DNA of 64,000 nucleotides from an uncultured SAR116 cluster alpha proteobacterium (GTDB taxonomy: Bacteria > Pseudomonadota > Alphaproteobacteria > Puniceispirillales > Puniceispirillaceae): positions 147,049 through 211,048 of the forward strand of contig CACHXC010000001.1 of NCBI GenBank assembly GCA_902583715.1, in the 5' to 3' direction. Positions 1-10,215 of this stretch are shown here, piece after piece (position 1 is the stretch's first letter; each line of letters begins with the position of its first letter). The notes under the pieces were generated by a model. The model did not search any database. It saw only the letters and a program-made list of their open reading frames with translations, and was not told where the DNA came from. The position numbers and the translations under genes are program-made.

Positions 1-106
1 TTCGCGGCTATCAATCAGGCAAAATGGGACGCCCTGTTCATATAATGCGGTAAAAATATCTGCAGTCATGCCTTGCCCAGATCATGTGAATGTCGTTGGG
101 GTCTGG

Positions 107-607
107 TCAGATCTGTTCATATTTCATGCGCTTAACCTGTGTCATGTCCGTGCCTTCAATCCGTAGTAAGCTCGTCGGTTCTGTGCGGGTTGGTGCATGA
201 AGAACGCCTTCGTCATAGACATAGGCGTCTCCCGGGCGCATCTGATAGGTCTTGTTCACCGACACTTTACCGGGTGTGTCAGCGGTGGCTTGTTGCACAA
301 GATCATATTCGCGCATTTCAGTTTCGCCGCGAACCTGCGCATAAATCGCCCATGATGGCCCATGATCATGTGGCGGCGCGGTTTTAGGACCGGGGTAATT
401 ATGCGCCAGAATACAAAACCCTAAATCAGGGTCTTGATAGAGCAAATCACGCTCACCAGCTGTCAGGGGAACAAGATTGTTGACGGCGTCTTGGTTGATT
501 AATAATTCTTCAAGATGTGCGGCAATTTTTTGGCGTCCAGCTGGCCCGGGATACGTTTCGAGCCATGTCCGGCATTTTTGCGATAGATCCAACAAAACTT
601 CATTCAT
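107..607 (-). CDS. Cupin / cysteine dioxygenase-like metal-binding protein
   Basis: PPHDHGPSWAIY and GVLHAP His motifs of the cupin fold; start placed at MNEVLL (alternative 622). Confidence 0.7.
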   Translation of the reverse strand: MNEVLLDLSQKCRTWLETYPGPAGRQKIAAHLEELLINQDAVNNLVPLTAGERDLLYQDPDLGFCILAHNYPGPKTAPPHDHGPSWAIYAQVRGETEMREYDLVQQATADTPGKVSVNKTYQMRPGDAYVYDEGVLHAPTRTEPTSLLRIEGTDMTQVKRMKYEQI

Positions 608-707
608 CCTGTAATCCCCCATGCGCGCTGGTCACGCCCGTCCATTTTTATTTTGCAAAATCCGGCAGTTTGATTGAAATCAGCCGTACCTGTGTCAAAA
701 GTCGCGA

Positions 708-1052
708 TTATTTAATCGCGTTATTTTTCTGCTGTCTACTTGCCATTTTGATTTTTGACCACACCGACACAGATTTGCGCACAGCCCAGCCGGTCACGAT
801 GGATGATATCCATGATTGATACGCTTCTGGCGATAGTTTGGTGACAGGTTCGTAATCATTTTTATTGTAGAATGCGAATACTTCAATTTGCAGATCATTG
901 ATTTGTTTTTTGGCGAGCAAGTCGTCAATGTCTATTTCATCAGTTTTGCGAAACCATTTTTCTAACCGTTTGTTCAGCCGTTTTTCGATCCAATACATGT
1001 GACGTGAACGGTAATCTGTCTCAATAATGGTTAGTAAGTCATCATCTGTCAC
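708..1052 (-). CDS. Hypothetical protein
   Basis: 114-aa ORF co-oriented with neighbours, protein-like composition. Confidence 0.5.
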   Translation of the reverse strand: MTDDDLLTIIETDYRSRHMYWIEKRLNKRLEKWFRKTDEIDIDDLLAKKQINDLQIEVFAFYNKNDYEPVTKLSPEAYQSWISSIVTGWAVRKSVSVWSKIKMASRQQKNNAIK

Positions 1053-1088
1053 AATGGATCAGTACCTCCAGTTTTTGCGCAGGAAGGG

Positions 1089-1292
1089 TTATTTATAATG
1101 AGCGCGACGGTCTGAAAAAATACGCACGCGTCGCCGCCATGCCTGATAACTACCCGGTTTTAGATTCTGCCGCATCAGCCGTTTCACATCACTTTCTTTC
1201 AGCCCATACAGCGCTTCTATCTGTTGAAAGCTGGTATGATCAGACAATGCCATTTCAATGATCTCATGAATTTCATTGTCAGTTTTTGTCAT
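1089..1292 (-). CDS. DUF2805 / TIGR03643 family small protein
   Basis: IIEMALSDHTSFQQIEALYGLKESDVKRLMRQNLKPGSYQAWRRRV matches the family pattern; family is often found near photolyase genes. Confidence 0.8.
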   Translation of the reverse strand: MTKTDNEIHEIIEMALSDHTSFQQIEALYGLKESDVKRLMRQNLKPGSYQAWRRRVRIFSDRRAHYK

Positions 1293-1326
1293 AAATTACG
1301 GCGCCTGTGATGGGGGTGGGTGCGAC

Positions 1327-1551
1327 TTATTTACCGAAAACTGGCCGGAACATGTCTGGATTACTGATCCAGTTCATCATCAATGTGATGGCAAACAGCA
1401 CGACAAAGATTATTGAAACCCCAAATAATACTTTGCCAAGTCGGTTTTGCTGGAAGGGTGGTAAGGCCATTAATAATTGCTCCTTTATAGATAGGATCAT
1501 GCCACGAAATGCCAGGGCTGCGAAGTCTGAAAAAAATTTTCTTGGTGCCAA
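1327..1551 (-). CDS. Small membrane protein (start uncertain)
   Basis: Single hydrophobic segment VLFGVSIIFVVLFAITLMM. Confidence 0.35.
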   Translation of the reverse strand: MAPRKFFSDFAALAFRGMILSIKEQLLMALPPFQQNRLGKVLFGVSIIFVVLFAITLMMNWISNPDMFRPVFGK

Positions 1552-1814
1552 ATCTATACGCGGAGATATTTATCTTTGAATAGTGGTGTCAATCGTTGCG
1601 TAAACCATATGATCCATATAGGGGGCGTAAGATATGAGACAAATTCTTAAATCCGTCGGGGCAGGTGTTTTTGCTAAATCGTATTTTTCGCACCGGCAAA
1701 TAGGCAAATATACGGCGCCTATGACAAGTTAATTTTTGCGGCTTGTTTTTGGCCTGCTATTCATCATAGTCTTGGCAGCGTATCGCCACACCCATTTTTA
1801 GGATCAGTCTTTAA

Positions 1815-2957
1815 GTGTCAGTATTATTATCAGGGCCATTTGCCGCCGCTGACAAAGCGTTGCAGGCGTTTTTGGAACAAGGCGCAGCAGGTTATGAGGC
1901 CCACAGAAATTTTGATTATGGTCCAGATGACCGTAGCAATGTGTCTCAGTTATCTAAATTTATCTCGCACCGAGTGCTGTTTGAATATGATGTGGCAAAG
2001 CGTGCGCTGGCGCGACATCAGCCTGATGTTATTGATAAATTCATTCAAGAAGTGTTTTGGCGGATCTATTGGAAGGGCTGGCTGGAACACAGACCAGCGG
2101 TGTGGGCTGATTATATCGCATTCGATCATGACACTATTCCAACGCTCTGCTATCAACAGGCTGTGACGGGCAAGACCGGAATTGATTGTTTTGATTATTG
2201 GTCGGCTGAATTGCAAAATACAAATTATCTCCACAACCATGCCCGCATGTGGTTTGCCAGCATCTGGATTTTCACGCTTGGCTTGCCGTGGCAGGCAGGG
2301 GCAAGGTTCTTCATGCAACATCTCTATGATGGGGATGCCGCATCAAATACGCTTGGCTGGCGGTGGGTTGCTGGCATCCAGACAGCCGGAAAACATTATT
2401 TGGCGCGTGCCAGTAATATCGCACAATTCACCAATGGCCGGTTCGCGCCGCAGAATCTAAACGAGACAGCGCTACCAATCGCATCAGCAAAATCTTATGA
2501 CATTATGCCCCTTGATGATCATACAAATTATCAGAAAAAATATAATAATTTAATTGTTTTAGAAAATGATCTTTATCTAAAAAATAAGAAAGTTTATGCC
2601 GCCTATGATGCGGTTTATGTGTTACGACCCGATAGTGTTGTGCGGTCAGTTGATATCGCTGGGGAGGTAACAGACTTCAAAATGGGGCTTATTTTGGCAT
2701 TTTGTGAGATTTGTCCAGATGCACAAATTATCGACGCGGCTGAGCTTCAGCAGATCGCCGCCAGCCAGACAGGTTTGGACATTGTGTACCCGTCAATTGG
2801 AGATAATTTAGACCATCTATATAGAGTGCGAGATAACCTTGGGGTTGCCCTGCATTTGCTAAAACGTCCAGAAGATGTGTTTAGCTGGCATTATGCAAAA
2901 AAGGGTTTCTTCAACTTTAAAAAACATATCCCAGATATCTTGTCATTTTTGCGTTAA
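1815..2957 (+). CDS. DNA photolyase FAD-binding-domain protein
   Basis: VSQLSKFI, FIQEVFWRIYWKGWLE, YLHNHARMWFASIW, LYDGDAASNTLGWRWVAG motifs. Confidence 0.85.
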   Translation: MSVLLSGPFAAADKALQAFLEQGAAGYEAHRNFDYGPDDRSNVSQLSKFISHRVLFEYDVAKRALARHQPDVIDKFIQEVFWRIYWKGWLEHRPAVWADYIAFDHDTIPTLCYQQAVTGKTGIDCFDYWSAELQNTNYLHNHARMWFASIWIFTLGLPWQAGARFFMQHLYDGDAASNTLGWRWVAGIQTAGKHYLARASNIAQFTNGRFAPQNLNETALPIASAKSYDIMPLDDHTNYQKKYNNLIVLENDLYLKNKKVYAAYDAVYVLRPDSVVRSVDIAGEVTDFKMGLILAFCEICPDAQIIDAAELQQIAASQTGLDIVYPSIGDNLDHLYRVRDNLGVALHLLKRPEDVFSWHYAKKGFFNFKKHIPDILSFLR

Positions 2958-3029
2958 TACGAATGCGCGCCGCGTGATTGGCTGTGTGATTTGGCGCAAA
3001 ATTGGTTTGTAATTAAGCGTTTTGTGGGG

Positions 3030-3518
3030 CTAGGCGGTGGCGCTCGTGGTATCACCATCACCCGCATCAATTGACATCTCACCACGCATAATTTTTTCAA
3101 AATTTTCAAAAAATGCTCTCGATAATTTGCGTGCGGTACTGGTGATAAGACGGCTACCCAACTGGGCAATTTTACCACCAGTTTCGGCCTTTGCCGAATA
3201 GCGAAGAAGGGTATTTTCACCATCAGCGGCCAATTCAACATCGGCCCCCCCTTTGGCAAAGCCGGCAATGCCGCCATCACCCGCACCAGCAAGGCTGAAC
3301 CGGTCAGGTGCATGTGTTGTATCGAGGGTCACTGTCCCAGAAAACTTAGCTTTTACTGGGCCGATTTTTAGCACAACACGGGCTTCCAGCTCTGTATCAC
3401 TGTGTTTAACAAGCTCTTCACAGCCGGGGATGCAGGCTTTCAAGATCGCGATATCATTTAAACTGTCATAAACTTTTGCAATCGGGGCCGGAATGGTGAT
3501 TTCTTCAGATAGTTCCAT
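3030..3518 (-). CDS. coxG: Carbon monoxide dehydrogenase subunit G (CoxG/SRPBCC) family protein
   Basis: LKACIPGCEEL, KIGPVKAKFSG, GGKIAQLGSRLI. Confidence 0.85.
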   Translation of the reverse strand: MELSEEITIPAPIAKVYDSLNDIAILKACIPGCEELVKHSDTELEARVVLKIGPVKAKFSGTVTLDTTHAPDRFSLAGAGDGGIAGFAKGGADVELAADGENTLLRYSAKAETGGKIAQLGSRLITSTARKLSRAFFENFEKIMRGEMSIDAGDGDTTSATA

Positions 3519-3639
3519 TCTTATGTCTTTCTGTCACAACCTTGCGTTCATATTATAGTGCAATCAAACAGATAACACCGCTCTGCTGCTGGCTTAACGA
3601 TGATAACAAAGGCGTATCTCGTACCCGGGCTCGGGACGG

Positions 3640-4389
3640 TCAATATTGTGTCACCACGCCGCCATTAATTTGCAGCATTTGGCCATTCACAAATCCACCA
3701 TGTTCCGAGCATAAATAACCCACCATGGCACCGATATCATCGGATTGTCCGAGCCGGCGCACAGGGTTTTCGTTTTGTAATTTGATGAATTTGGGGTCAT
3801 TTGCAGTCGCTGGGTCATCACCCGGAAATGTACCGGGTGAGATGATATTGGCGGTAATGCCAAGCGGGCCGAATTCGGCGGCCAGAGATTTTGTCAGGCC
3901 CCACACCGCATGTTTTGCGACGGCAACAGGTGATGCGCCCGGGTAGCCACGTTGCGCGTTCATGCCCGAAAAACTGATAATGCGCCCCCATCCTCTGTGA
4001 ATCATCGCTGGCAACACCAAGCGTGACAGCCATATAGCGGCATTTAAATCAACATTCATCACTCTTTGCCATTCGGCCTCATTTATGTCCAAGAATGGGG
4101 CATGCGGTCTGATTGCCGCATTGTTGACTAACACATCAATCGCGCCAAATTGGTCCAACCCAGTCTGAACGATTTGTTCTGCGGCGACTTTGTCGCCAAC
4201 ATCCCCCATAGCGACCATTGCAATGCTACCTTTCGCGCGCACTTCGCTGGCAACCTTTTCGGCGGTTTCTTGGTCAGAACTTCCATTCACAATAATATTA
4301 AAACCAGCCGCCGCCAGATGATGGGCAATGCCGCGGCCAATATTTTGACCTGATCCGGTAATCAGGGCGGTTTTCGTATCCTTCTTCAT
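3640..4389 (-). CDS. Short-chain dehydrogenase/reductase (FabG-like)
   Basis: TGSGQNIG, VLVNNAA, VNGQMLQINGG; catalytic YxxxK appears as VAVAK. Confidence 0.85.
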   Translation of the reverse strand: MKKDTKTALITGSGQNIGRGIAHHLAAAGFNIIVNGSSDQETAEKVASEVRAKGSIAMVAMGDVGDKVAAEQIVQTGLDQFGAIDVLVNNAAIRPHAPFLDINEAEWQRVMNVDLNAAIWLSRLVLPAMIHRGWGRIISFSGMNAQRGYPGASPVAVAKHAVWGLTKSLAAEFGPLGITANIISPGTFPGDDPATANDPKFIKLQNENPVRRLGQSDDIGAMVGYLCSEHGGFVNGQMLQINGGVVTQY

Positions 4390-4671
4390 ATTAGGCTATT
4401 TCCAATGTGTAAATTGCATCGAAGTTATGTAGCACCTGTCCGGTGCAATTATCTGATGATCGGTCTATACAGCTATATGGCGTCCGTTGGCCACCGATCT
4501 ACTGATCATAGCTGTGCTGGTGTACGGCAACAACAATAAACCTGCGGGGCAATTTATCGGACCAGGCAATGCGCTAGACAAACCACCACCGTGCTGGCAT
4601 GTTTTTTTCTTCGAGATATCCAAGGGTTCATAGTGTTCTGTGGCATTAATTAGTTTGGTTTAGGAGACACT

Positions 4672-5136
4672 TTGGTGGCAGATAATCGTCAGATTGACCA
4701 GCAACAGGTGCGTGATCATATCGAGAGTGTTTTACAAGATTGCGAGCAGGTTTTCGAAAAATTCTTCTTAGCTAAATTCATCGGTTTGAATTTTGAATAT
4801 CTGCCTGAACATGTGAATAATTCTGATAAAAACGTTTTAAAAATTTCATTTGATGTCAATGAGATGCTGATGAATCCTCAGGGTGCGCTTCATGGCGGGG
4901 TTATGGCAACCGTAATGGATATTTCCATGGGACATTTGCTGAATAAAACGATCGGCAAGGGCGCAACAATCGAGTTGAAAATTCAGTATTTGCGCCCAGT
5001 ACGTGGAGGCAGAGTGACATGCGAGGGACGCTTTATCAAAAAAGGGCGTACATTGTCCTTCATGGAAAGCCGCCTGTCAGATCAAGCCGGCAAACTTGCC
5101 GCGGTCGCTACCGCCACGTGGAAGATGCCAGACTAA
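4672..5136 (+). CDS. PaaI-family hotdog thioesterase
   Basis: NPQGALHGGVMATVMDISMG, LKIQYLRP; GGAG RBS upstream. Confidence 0.85.
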   Translation: MVADNRQIDQQQVRDHIESVLQDCEQVFEKFFLAKFIGLNFEYLPEHVNNSDKNVLKISFDVNEMLMNPQGALHGGVMATVMDISMGHLLNKTIGKGATIELKIQYLRPVRGGRVTCEGRFIKKGRTLSFMESRLSDQAGKLAAVATATWKMPD

Positions 5137-5177
5137 ATTCGTCCCCAATTATCTATGACATATGCGTTTTTTGTGCA

Positions 5178-5798
5178 TCATGATTTTTGCAAAACCATGA
5201 TTTTTGATGTCATGCCCAGCTTGACCATATGCGGCCCATCATGATCTTCCAGAATAATTGCAATATCGTCTGCCACCGCATCATGACAAGCCTGCAAATA
5301 GTCGGTGTTTTCAAGCGTGTGGTTATTTAAAGAAAAAATTAGTAAGCCCCCAGTATGCAGTTTGTTCAGTAATTGGACGATTGTACGCGGCGGGGCATGC
5401 TGATCGGCGACTACCCTCATCGCGGTATTCACTTAATAAGCACCATCTGGAAACGGAAACGAGTCGTCTAATGTGACGCATGTCAGCTGGCGATAAACGC
5501 TCGGTAACTGACTCGGGATTTCAATCATTTCCGGGCTGACATCTGATCCATCAATCTGTGTAAAACCCGCCTTGGCAAGGGCCATCCCGGACAAGCCAGT
5601 GCCACAACCAACATCGAATATGGCAACAGATTTGTAAGCACAATGCCGCAAGAGCGCCTCGACAATCCGCTGCGGCGATAGATAATGATGATCTCTCATC
5701 GTCTGGTCATAAGTGGCGGCCCAATCACCATACAACGACAAGGTGTCTTGCTGGTTTTTTAAGCGATAGGCACGTTTGAGGAAGGGTTTTTTGGTCAT
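5178..5798 (-). pseudogene. Class I SAM-dependent methyltransferase interrupted by in-frame TAA (5433-5435)
   Basis: ORFs 5433-5798 and 5178-5432 are contiguous in one frame; YGDWAATYD and FDVGCGTGLSG before the stop, HAP...LHTGGLLIFS after it. Confidence 0.8.
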
Positions 5799-5978
5799 TT
5801 TTCATCTCCAGTCCCATTGTCAGCAAATTTGTTAAGCGGCACGTCTGTTTTTATCGTGATCATGCGGCAAATATTTGCATTTGCGACATAGGGCATTATC
5901 GTAAATAGGCTTATGACAATGGATTATGCCAAATGATTGCACCGCGCACGGTTGCGTATAAAGATTGTTTAAATACTT

Positions 5979-6311
5979 TTATTGCGGGCCGCCTTGGTCT
6001 CTCAACAGTTCAATATAGATGGTTGCTGAAGCCACATAGTGACTCACATCTGGGTTATCTGCGCTAAATTCTTTTACTGCCTGCCATATCAACTCATCCT
6101 GTGGCGGCGTCTTAAACCGTTGTTGCATCATTTCGTTCAGCGCGCTGATATATCTAAACGTCTAGCCTTTTGGTCTTTCGCTGAAGGCTTCATCATTGTC
6201 ATTCGCCAGGATGAATTTGCAACCGGCGTCGCCCCCATATTTTGTCTAGGCGTGAGCTTCGTTGGCGGTGATCAACATCAGCATAAAGGGGAGGTAGGCT
6301 ATCTTTATCAT
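5979..6311 (-). pseudogene. Small secreted protein pseudogene with two in-frame TAG codons (absent from the ORF track)
   Basis: Manual translation: MIKIAYLPFMLMLITANEAHA*TKYGGDAGCKFILANDNDEAFSERPKG*TFRYISALNEMMQQRFKTPPQDELIWQAVKEFSADNPDVSHYVASATIYIELLRDQGGPQ*; signal-peptide-like N-terminus ending AHA. Confidence 0.6.
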
Positions 6312-6584
6312 TTTCTTCTCGGGTCAATAATTACACGGTTTAACGGCCTTGGCTGGGCCAAAAGACTTCCTGGTGGCCAACGTTGTCACATTGGCCAGAA
6401 ATTGTAAAAGACGCAAGATCACCGCGTGAGAAGCAAGCTGATCACCATACCCATGCGGCTGTGCGCTTTGCATGTTGTTAATCCTGCATGCAATTTTGTG
6501 ACAACGGAAATGGCCGCGGTTTTGTATGAAAAATATTTCAAAATAAACAGTATGTTAATACATTTTAAAAAAATAAAAAATTAC

Positions 6585-6611
6585 TAAAACTTTTTTGATT
6601 TGTGTCGTTAA
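6585..6611 (+). promoter_or_regulatory. Sigma28 (FliA)-like promoter
   Basis: TAAA-N15-GTCGTTAA versus consensus TAAA-N15-GCCGATAA, about 30 nt upstream of the flagellin ATG. Confidence 0.6.
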
Positions 6612-6643
6612 CAATATGGCGAAGCCTTATCATGGAGATCACA

Positions 6644-7462
6644 ATGGCTATAAGTCTTACTACAAAACCTGGGTTTGTACTTGGAGCAAACGCATCAAGT
6701 ACAAATCGAAACTTTTATGAAAGCACACTCGAAAGATTATCTAGTGGCAAACGCATTAACAGCGCCGCTGATAACGCAGCGGGATTGGCGGTGTTGTCGA
6801 AATTAGAGGCGGCCTTGTCTGGGAAGGAACAAGCAATCAGGAATGCTGCAGATGGGCAAGGTCTGTTGCAAACAGCTGACTCAGGTGCCGCTGAAATTTC
6901 AAATATTCTACACAGAATGAAAGAACTTTCAGTGCGAGCTGCCAACGGGACTAATAGTATTGCAGAACGTGAAGCGTTGCAGAGTGAGGCTGATCAACTG
7001 ACTGCCGAAATAAGCCGCATAGCCGATAGCACATCATTCAATGGTCGAACCCCGCTCTCGGGTGAAGAAATAGATCTACAAGTCGGCGCGTCAACTGAAG
7101 AGCAAATCAACGTGAGTGTCGAAGCTGTGAGTTTAAGTGAACTACGGCTTGATGAAGGGCGTGTTTCATTCGATACATCTGCAAATGCGCGTGATGCGAT
7201 TGGGGTCATTGATGCGGCAATTGAAAAAATAAACTCCGCCAGGGGTGATATAGGTGCCAGTTTGAACAGGGTTTCAAGCACTATTGAAAATTTAAGTAAC
7301 ATGACGAAAAACACAAAAATTGCGGCTGGACAGGCCTTAGATGTTGATGTTGAAGATGAAACCGCGCGTCGCGCAAAAGCACAAATTTTGCAACAATCTT
7401 CTGTCGCGATGCTTGCGCACAAAAACGCGTCAAAAGGGATGGTGCTTCGCCTCATTTCGTAA
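6644..7462 (+). CDS. fliC: Flagellin (short, D0/D1 domains only)
   Basis: ERLSSGKRINSAADNAAGLA, ILHRMKELSVRAANGT, TSFNG, LQVGA, KAQILQQS; GGAG RBS before ATG 6644. Confidence 0.85.
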   Translation: MAISLTTKPGFVLGANASSTNRNFYESTLERLSSGKRINSAADNAAGLAVLSKLEAALSGKEQAIRNAADGQGLLQTADSGAAEISNILHRMKELSVRAANGTNSIAEREALQSEADQLTAEISRIADSTSFNGRTPLSGEEIDLQVGASTEEQINVSVEAVSLSELRLDEGRVSFDTSANARDAIGVIDAAIEKINSARGDIGASLNRVSSTIENLSNMTKNTKIAAGQALDVDVEDETARRAKAQILQQSSVAMLAHKNASKGMVLRLIS

Positions 7463-7697
7463 CATCGTCACCGGAGTTCATTTGTCGCCAGTGTTAGTCT
7501 TGTTTTTGAATAACTCATGAACAAAACACGTGGGCCAAAGCCACTTCTTTAGAGCACTACGGCGGTTCAGGTGTTTGTACTTGAACCGCCGCTGTTCCCT
7601 ATCGTATGACCATGTATTACCAAACAGCGGCGTGCAAGTTAAGGGCATCTGTTCAAACCTGCCATACCGCAACACAGATTGATATTTTTTGGAGGCA

Positions 7698-8855
7698 ATG
7701 ATGGATTGGCGCACAAAACTTCTTAATCCAGCACCACGCGCACGGCAGGATTATCAATCTTTGGTCACTCCAGTATATCGCGGCTCTACCGTCGTGTTTC
7801 GCGATCAAAACGCGGTGACTGATGATTGGCGTCAGGCTGAAAATGGATATTCTTATGGGCTTTACGGCACGCCAACGTCGCTTGAACTGGCAGCGCGAAT
7901 TGCGGGAATTGAAGGGGCCAAAGAAACGTTTATTGTGCCAGGTGGTCAAGCCGCGATTGCGCTGATCTATCTATCTTATTGTCAAGCTGGCAGTCATGCT
8001 CTTGTGCCGGTTTCTGCCTATGGCCCGAATAAAGCTATGGCCGAAGGGTTGATGCGCGGACTAAATGTCGATGTTGAACCCTATGACCCACTCATCGGGG
8101 CTGGCATTGATGCCCTGATCCGCCCAAAAACCAGCTTAATCTGGTGTGAAAGCCCGGGGTCAGTCACGATGGAGATACAAGACATACCGGCTATTGTTAA
8201 CGCGGCGCATGCAAGAGGTGTCGCTGTGGCTTTGGATAACACCTATGCCGCTGGTGTTATGTTCGATGCATTTGCCAATGGTGTTGATGTCAGCATGCAA
8301 GCCCTGACGAAATATGTGGGTGGACATAGCGATTTATTGTTGGGTGCCGTGTCGGCGCGTGACGTGGCCGCTTACGACAAATTGGGGCCAATTTATCAAC
8401 AGCTTGGTTTGGCGGTGTCACCTGATGATTGTAGCCTTGCTTTGCGCGGATTACAGACGTTAGCTGTACGGCTTGATGTGCTCGAACAAAGCACGCTGAA
8501 GGTTGCGCATTGGTTGGCGGCGCATCCTCTAGTTAGCCAAGTGCTTCATCCGGCGTTGGCTTCGTGCCCCGGGCACGACATATGGGCACGCGATTTCACT
8601 GGTTCAACAAGCGTGTTTTCATTCGTTTTTGATGATCATATCAGCGCTGAACAAGTGATTGATTTCATAAATAATCTTGAAATTTTCAGGATTGGCATGA
8701 GCTGGGGCGGAGTGCATAGCCTGGCGGTGGTTTACCCCAATTTAATCCGTCCAAATCAGGATTTTTCTGGACGTATTGTGCGGCTAAATATTGGTCTGGA
8801 AACAGTTGATGATTTAATTTCTGACCTTGAACAAGCATTTGGAAACATGGCGTAA
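7698..8855 (+). CDS. metC: Cystathionine beta-lyase
   Basis: YGLYGTPT, ESPGSVTMEIQD, DNTY, TKYVGGHSD (PLP lysine), SWGG, RLNIGLE. Confidence 0.85.
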   Translation: MMDWRTKLLNPAPRARQDYQSLVTPVYRGSTVVFRDQNAVTDDWRQAENGYSYGLYGTPTSLELAARIAGIEGAKETFIVPGGQAAIALIYLSYCQAGSHALVPVSAYGPNKAMAEGLMRGLNVDVEPYDPLIGAGIDALIRPKTSLIWCESPGSVTMEIQDIPAIVNAAHARGVAVALDNTYAAGVMFDAFANGVDVSMQALTKYVGGHSDLLLGAVSARDVAAYDKLGPIYQQLGLAVSPDDCSLALRGLQTLAVRLDVLEQSTLKVAHWLAAHPLVSQVLHPALASCPGHDIWARDFTGSTSVFSFVFDDHISAEQVIDFINNLEIFRIGMSWGGVHSLAVVYPNLIRPNQDFSGRIVRLNIGLETVDDLISDLEQAFGNMA

Positions 8856-9103
8856 CTCCGCATAATTTCCACTCTAAAAATATGTTTAGTATAAATGAAT
8901 ATAATTGGTTAGGTTGATTCATCACCGCCGATGCGCCATTGTTGACCATGATGTTAACCGCGGCCAATCGACCACACAATTATACGGCGAACAAAAATCG
9001 ATTGTATGTTACGTTTGTAGATATTTAAATCTCTGTAGCTAAAAATTAAATTTGCTCAAGCTGTGGCAAGACTCATACCCGGCGGGCTAGAAGAGATTTT
9101 TTG

Positions 9104-10177
9104 ATGACGAAACAGCCACTTCCCACCACGACAATTGGATCATTTCCAAAGCCGAAATATTTACCAGTGAGAGATTGGTTTGATGCTGCGCGCGAAGACG
9201 GAGGGATGAACTCTTCCACAATCACCAAAGATTACACCAAAACCAGCCATACATTGAATGAAGCTGACGAAGCCTTGTTTCAACAAGCGGCGAAGGAAAT
9301 AATCGATATTCAATTAGACGCTGGCATCACCATCCCAACTGATGGTGAGGTCCGTCGAGAAAATTATATCCATTATCATTGTCGTCATCTAAGTGGGTTT
9401 GATTTTAATCATCTGGAACACCGTGTTTTGCGTGATGGTGCCTATGAAACTGACTTGCCTGCCATCAGGGGGCTGGTCGAGCAAAAGGGGCCGGCATATG
9501 CGGTAAAAGACTATTTGGCCGCGCAAAAGTTATCACCGGTACCGCTAAAATTTACCTTACCGGGTCCGCTGACCATCATGGATACAAACGCCGATTGTTT
9601 TTACCACGACCGGAAAAAGCTAAACCATGATTTGGCTGAAACGGTTAACAAAGAAATTCTCAGTTTGGTTGAAGCTGGTTGCAAATATATACAAGTCGAT
9701 GAACCATTATTTGCCCGCCAAGTTGATGATGCCGTGCGTTTTGGGTTTGAGGGATTAGAGCATTGTTTCCACCGCGTGCCCAAAGGCGTTACCAGAATTG
9801 TGCATATGTGCTGTGGGTATCCTGACCACCTGGATGATGAGGATTACAAAAAAGCTGATCCTGATAGCTACTCTAAACTTGCAAATTTTGTTGACGAGGC
9901 CGGGTTTGATCAGCTGTCCATTGAAGACGCGCATTGCTGCAATGACCTGTCCTTGCTTGATAAATTCAGTAAAAAAACAATTATTTTTGGTGCAGTGGCG
10001 GTCGCACGAAGCCGGGTTGAAACGGTTGAGGAAATTGCCGCAAGATTAAATCTGGCGTTAAACCATATAGATCGTGACCGATTGGTGGTTGCTCCAGATT
10101 GTGGCTTGGGTTTACTGCCGCCAGCGATTGCTGCAGAAAAACTCAGCCTCATGGTGAAGGCAACAAAGCTTATATAA
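9104..10177 (+). CDS. Cobalamin-independent methionine synthase II family protein (single domain)
   Basis: TTTIGSFPKP, TDGEVRRENY, IQVDEP, HMCCGYP and PDCGLG zinc ligands. Confidence 0.85.
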   Translation: MTKQPLPTTTIGSFPKPKYLPVRDWFDAAREDGGMNSSTITKDYTKTSHTLNEADEALFQQAAKEIIDIQLDAGITIPTDGEVRRENYIHYHCRHLSGFDFNHLEHRVLRDGAYETDLPAIRGLVEQKGPAYAVKDYLAAQKLSPVPLKFTLPGPLTIMDTNADCFYHDRKKLNHDLAETVNKEILSLVEAGCKYIQVDEPLFARQVDDAVRFGFEGLEHCFHRVPKGVTRIVHMCCGYPDHLDDEDYKKADPDSYSKLANFVDEAGFDQLSIEDAHCCNDLSLLDKFSKKTIIFGAVAVARSRVETVEEIAARLNLALNHIDRDRLVVAPDCGLGLLPPAIAAEKLSLMVKATKLI

Positions 10178-10215
10178 AGAGCTTAATGCGGTAATGACTC
10201 ACACCGGGGGCATAA

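Noticed and set aside
3030-3518. CO-oxidation (cox) operon
   Set aside because: Only a lone coxG-like gene; no coxLMS in the window
6039-6407. 122-aa plus-strand ORF
   Set aside because: Shadow of the minus-strand pseudogene at 5979-6311; no recognisable motifs
8900-8979. Possible SDR fragment (GRLAAVNIMVNNGAS) on the minus strand
   Set aside because: Too short to distinguish from chance
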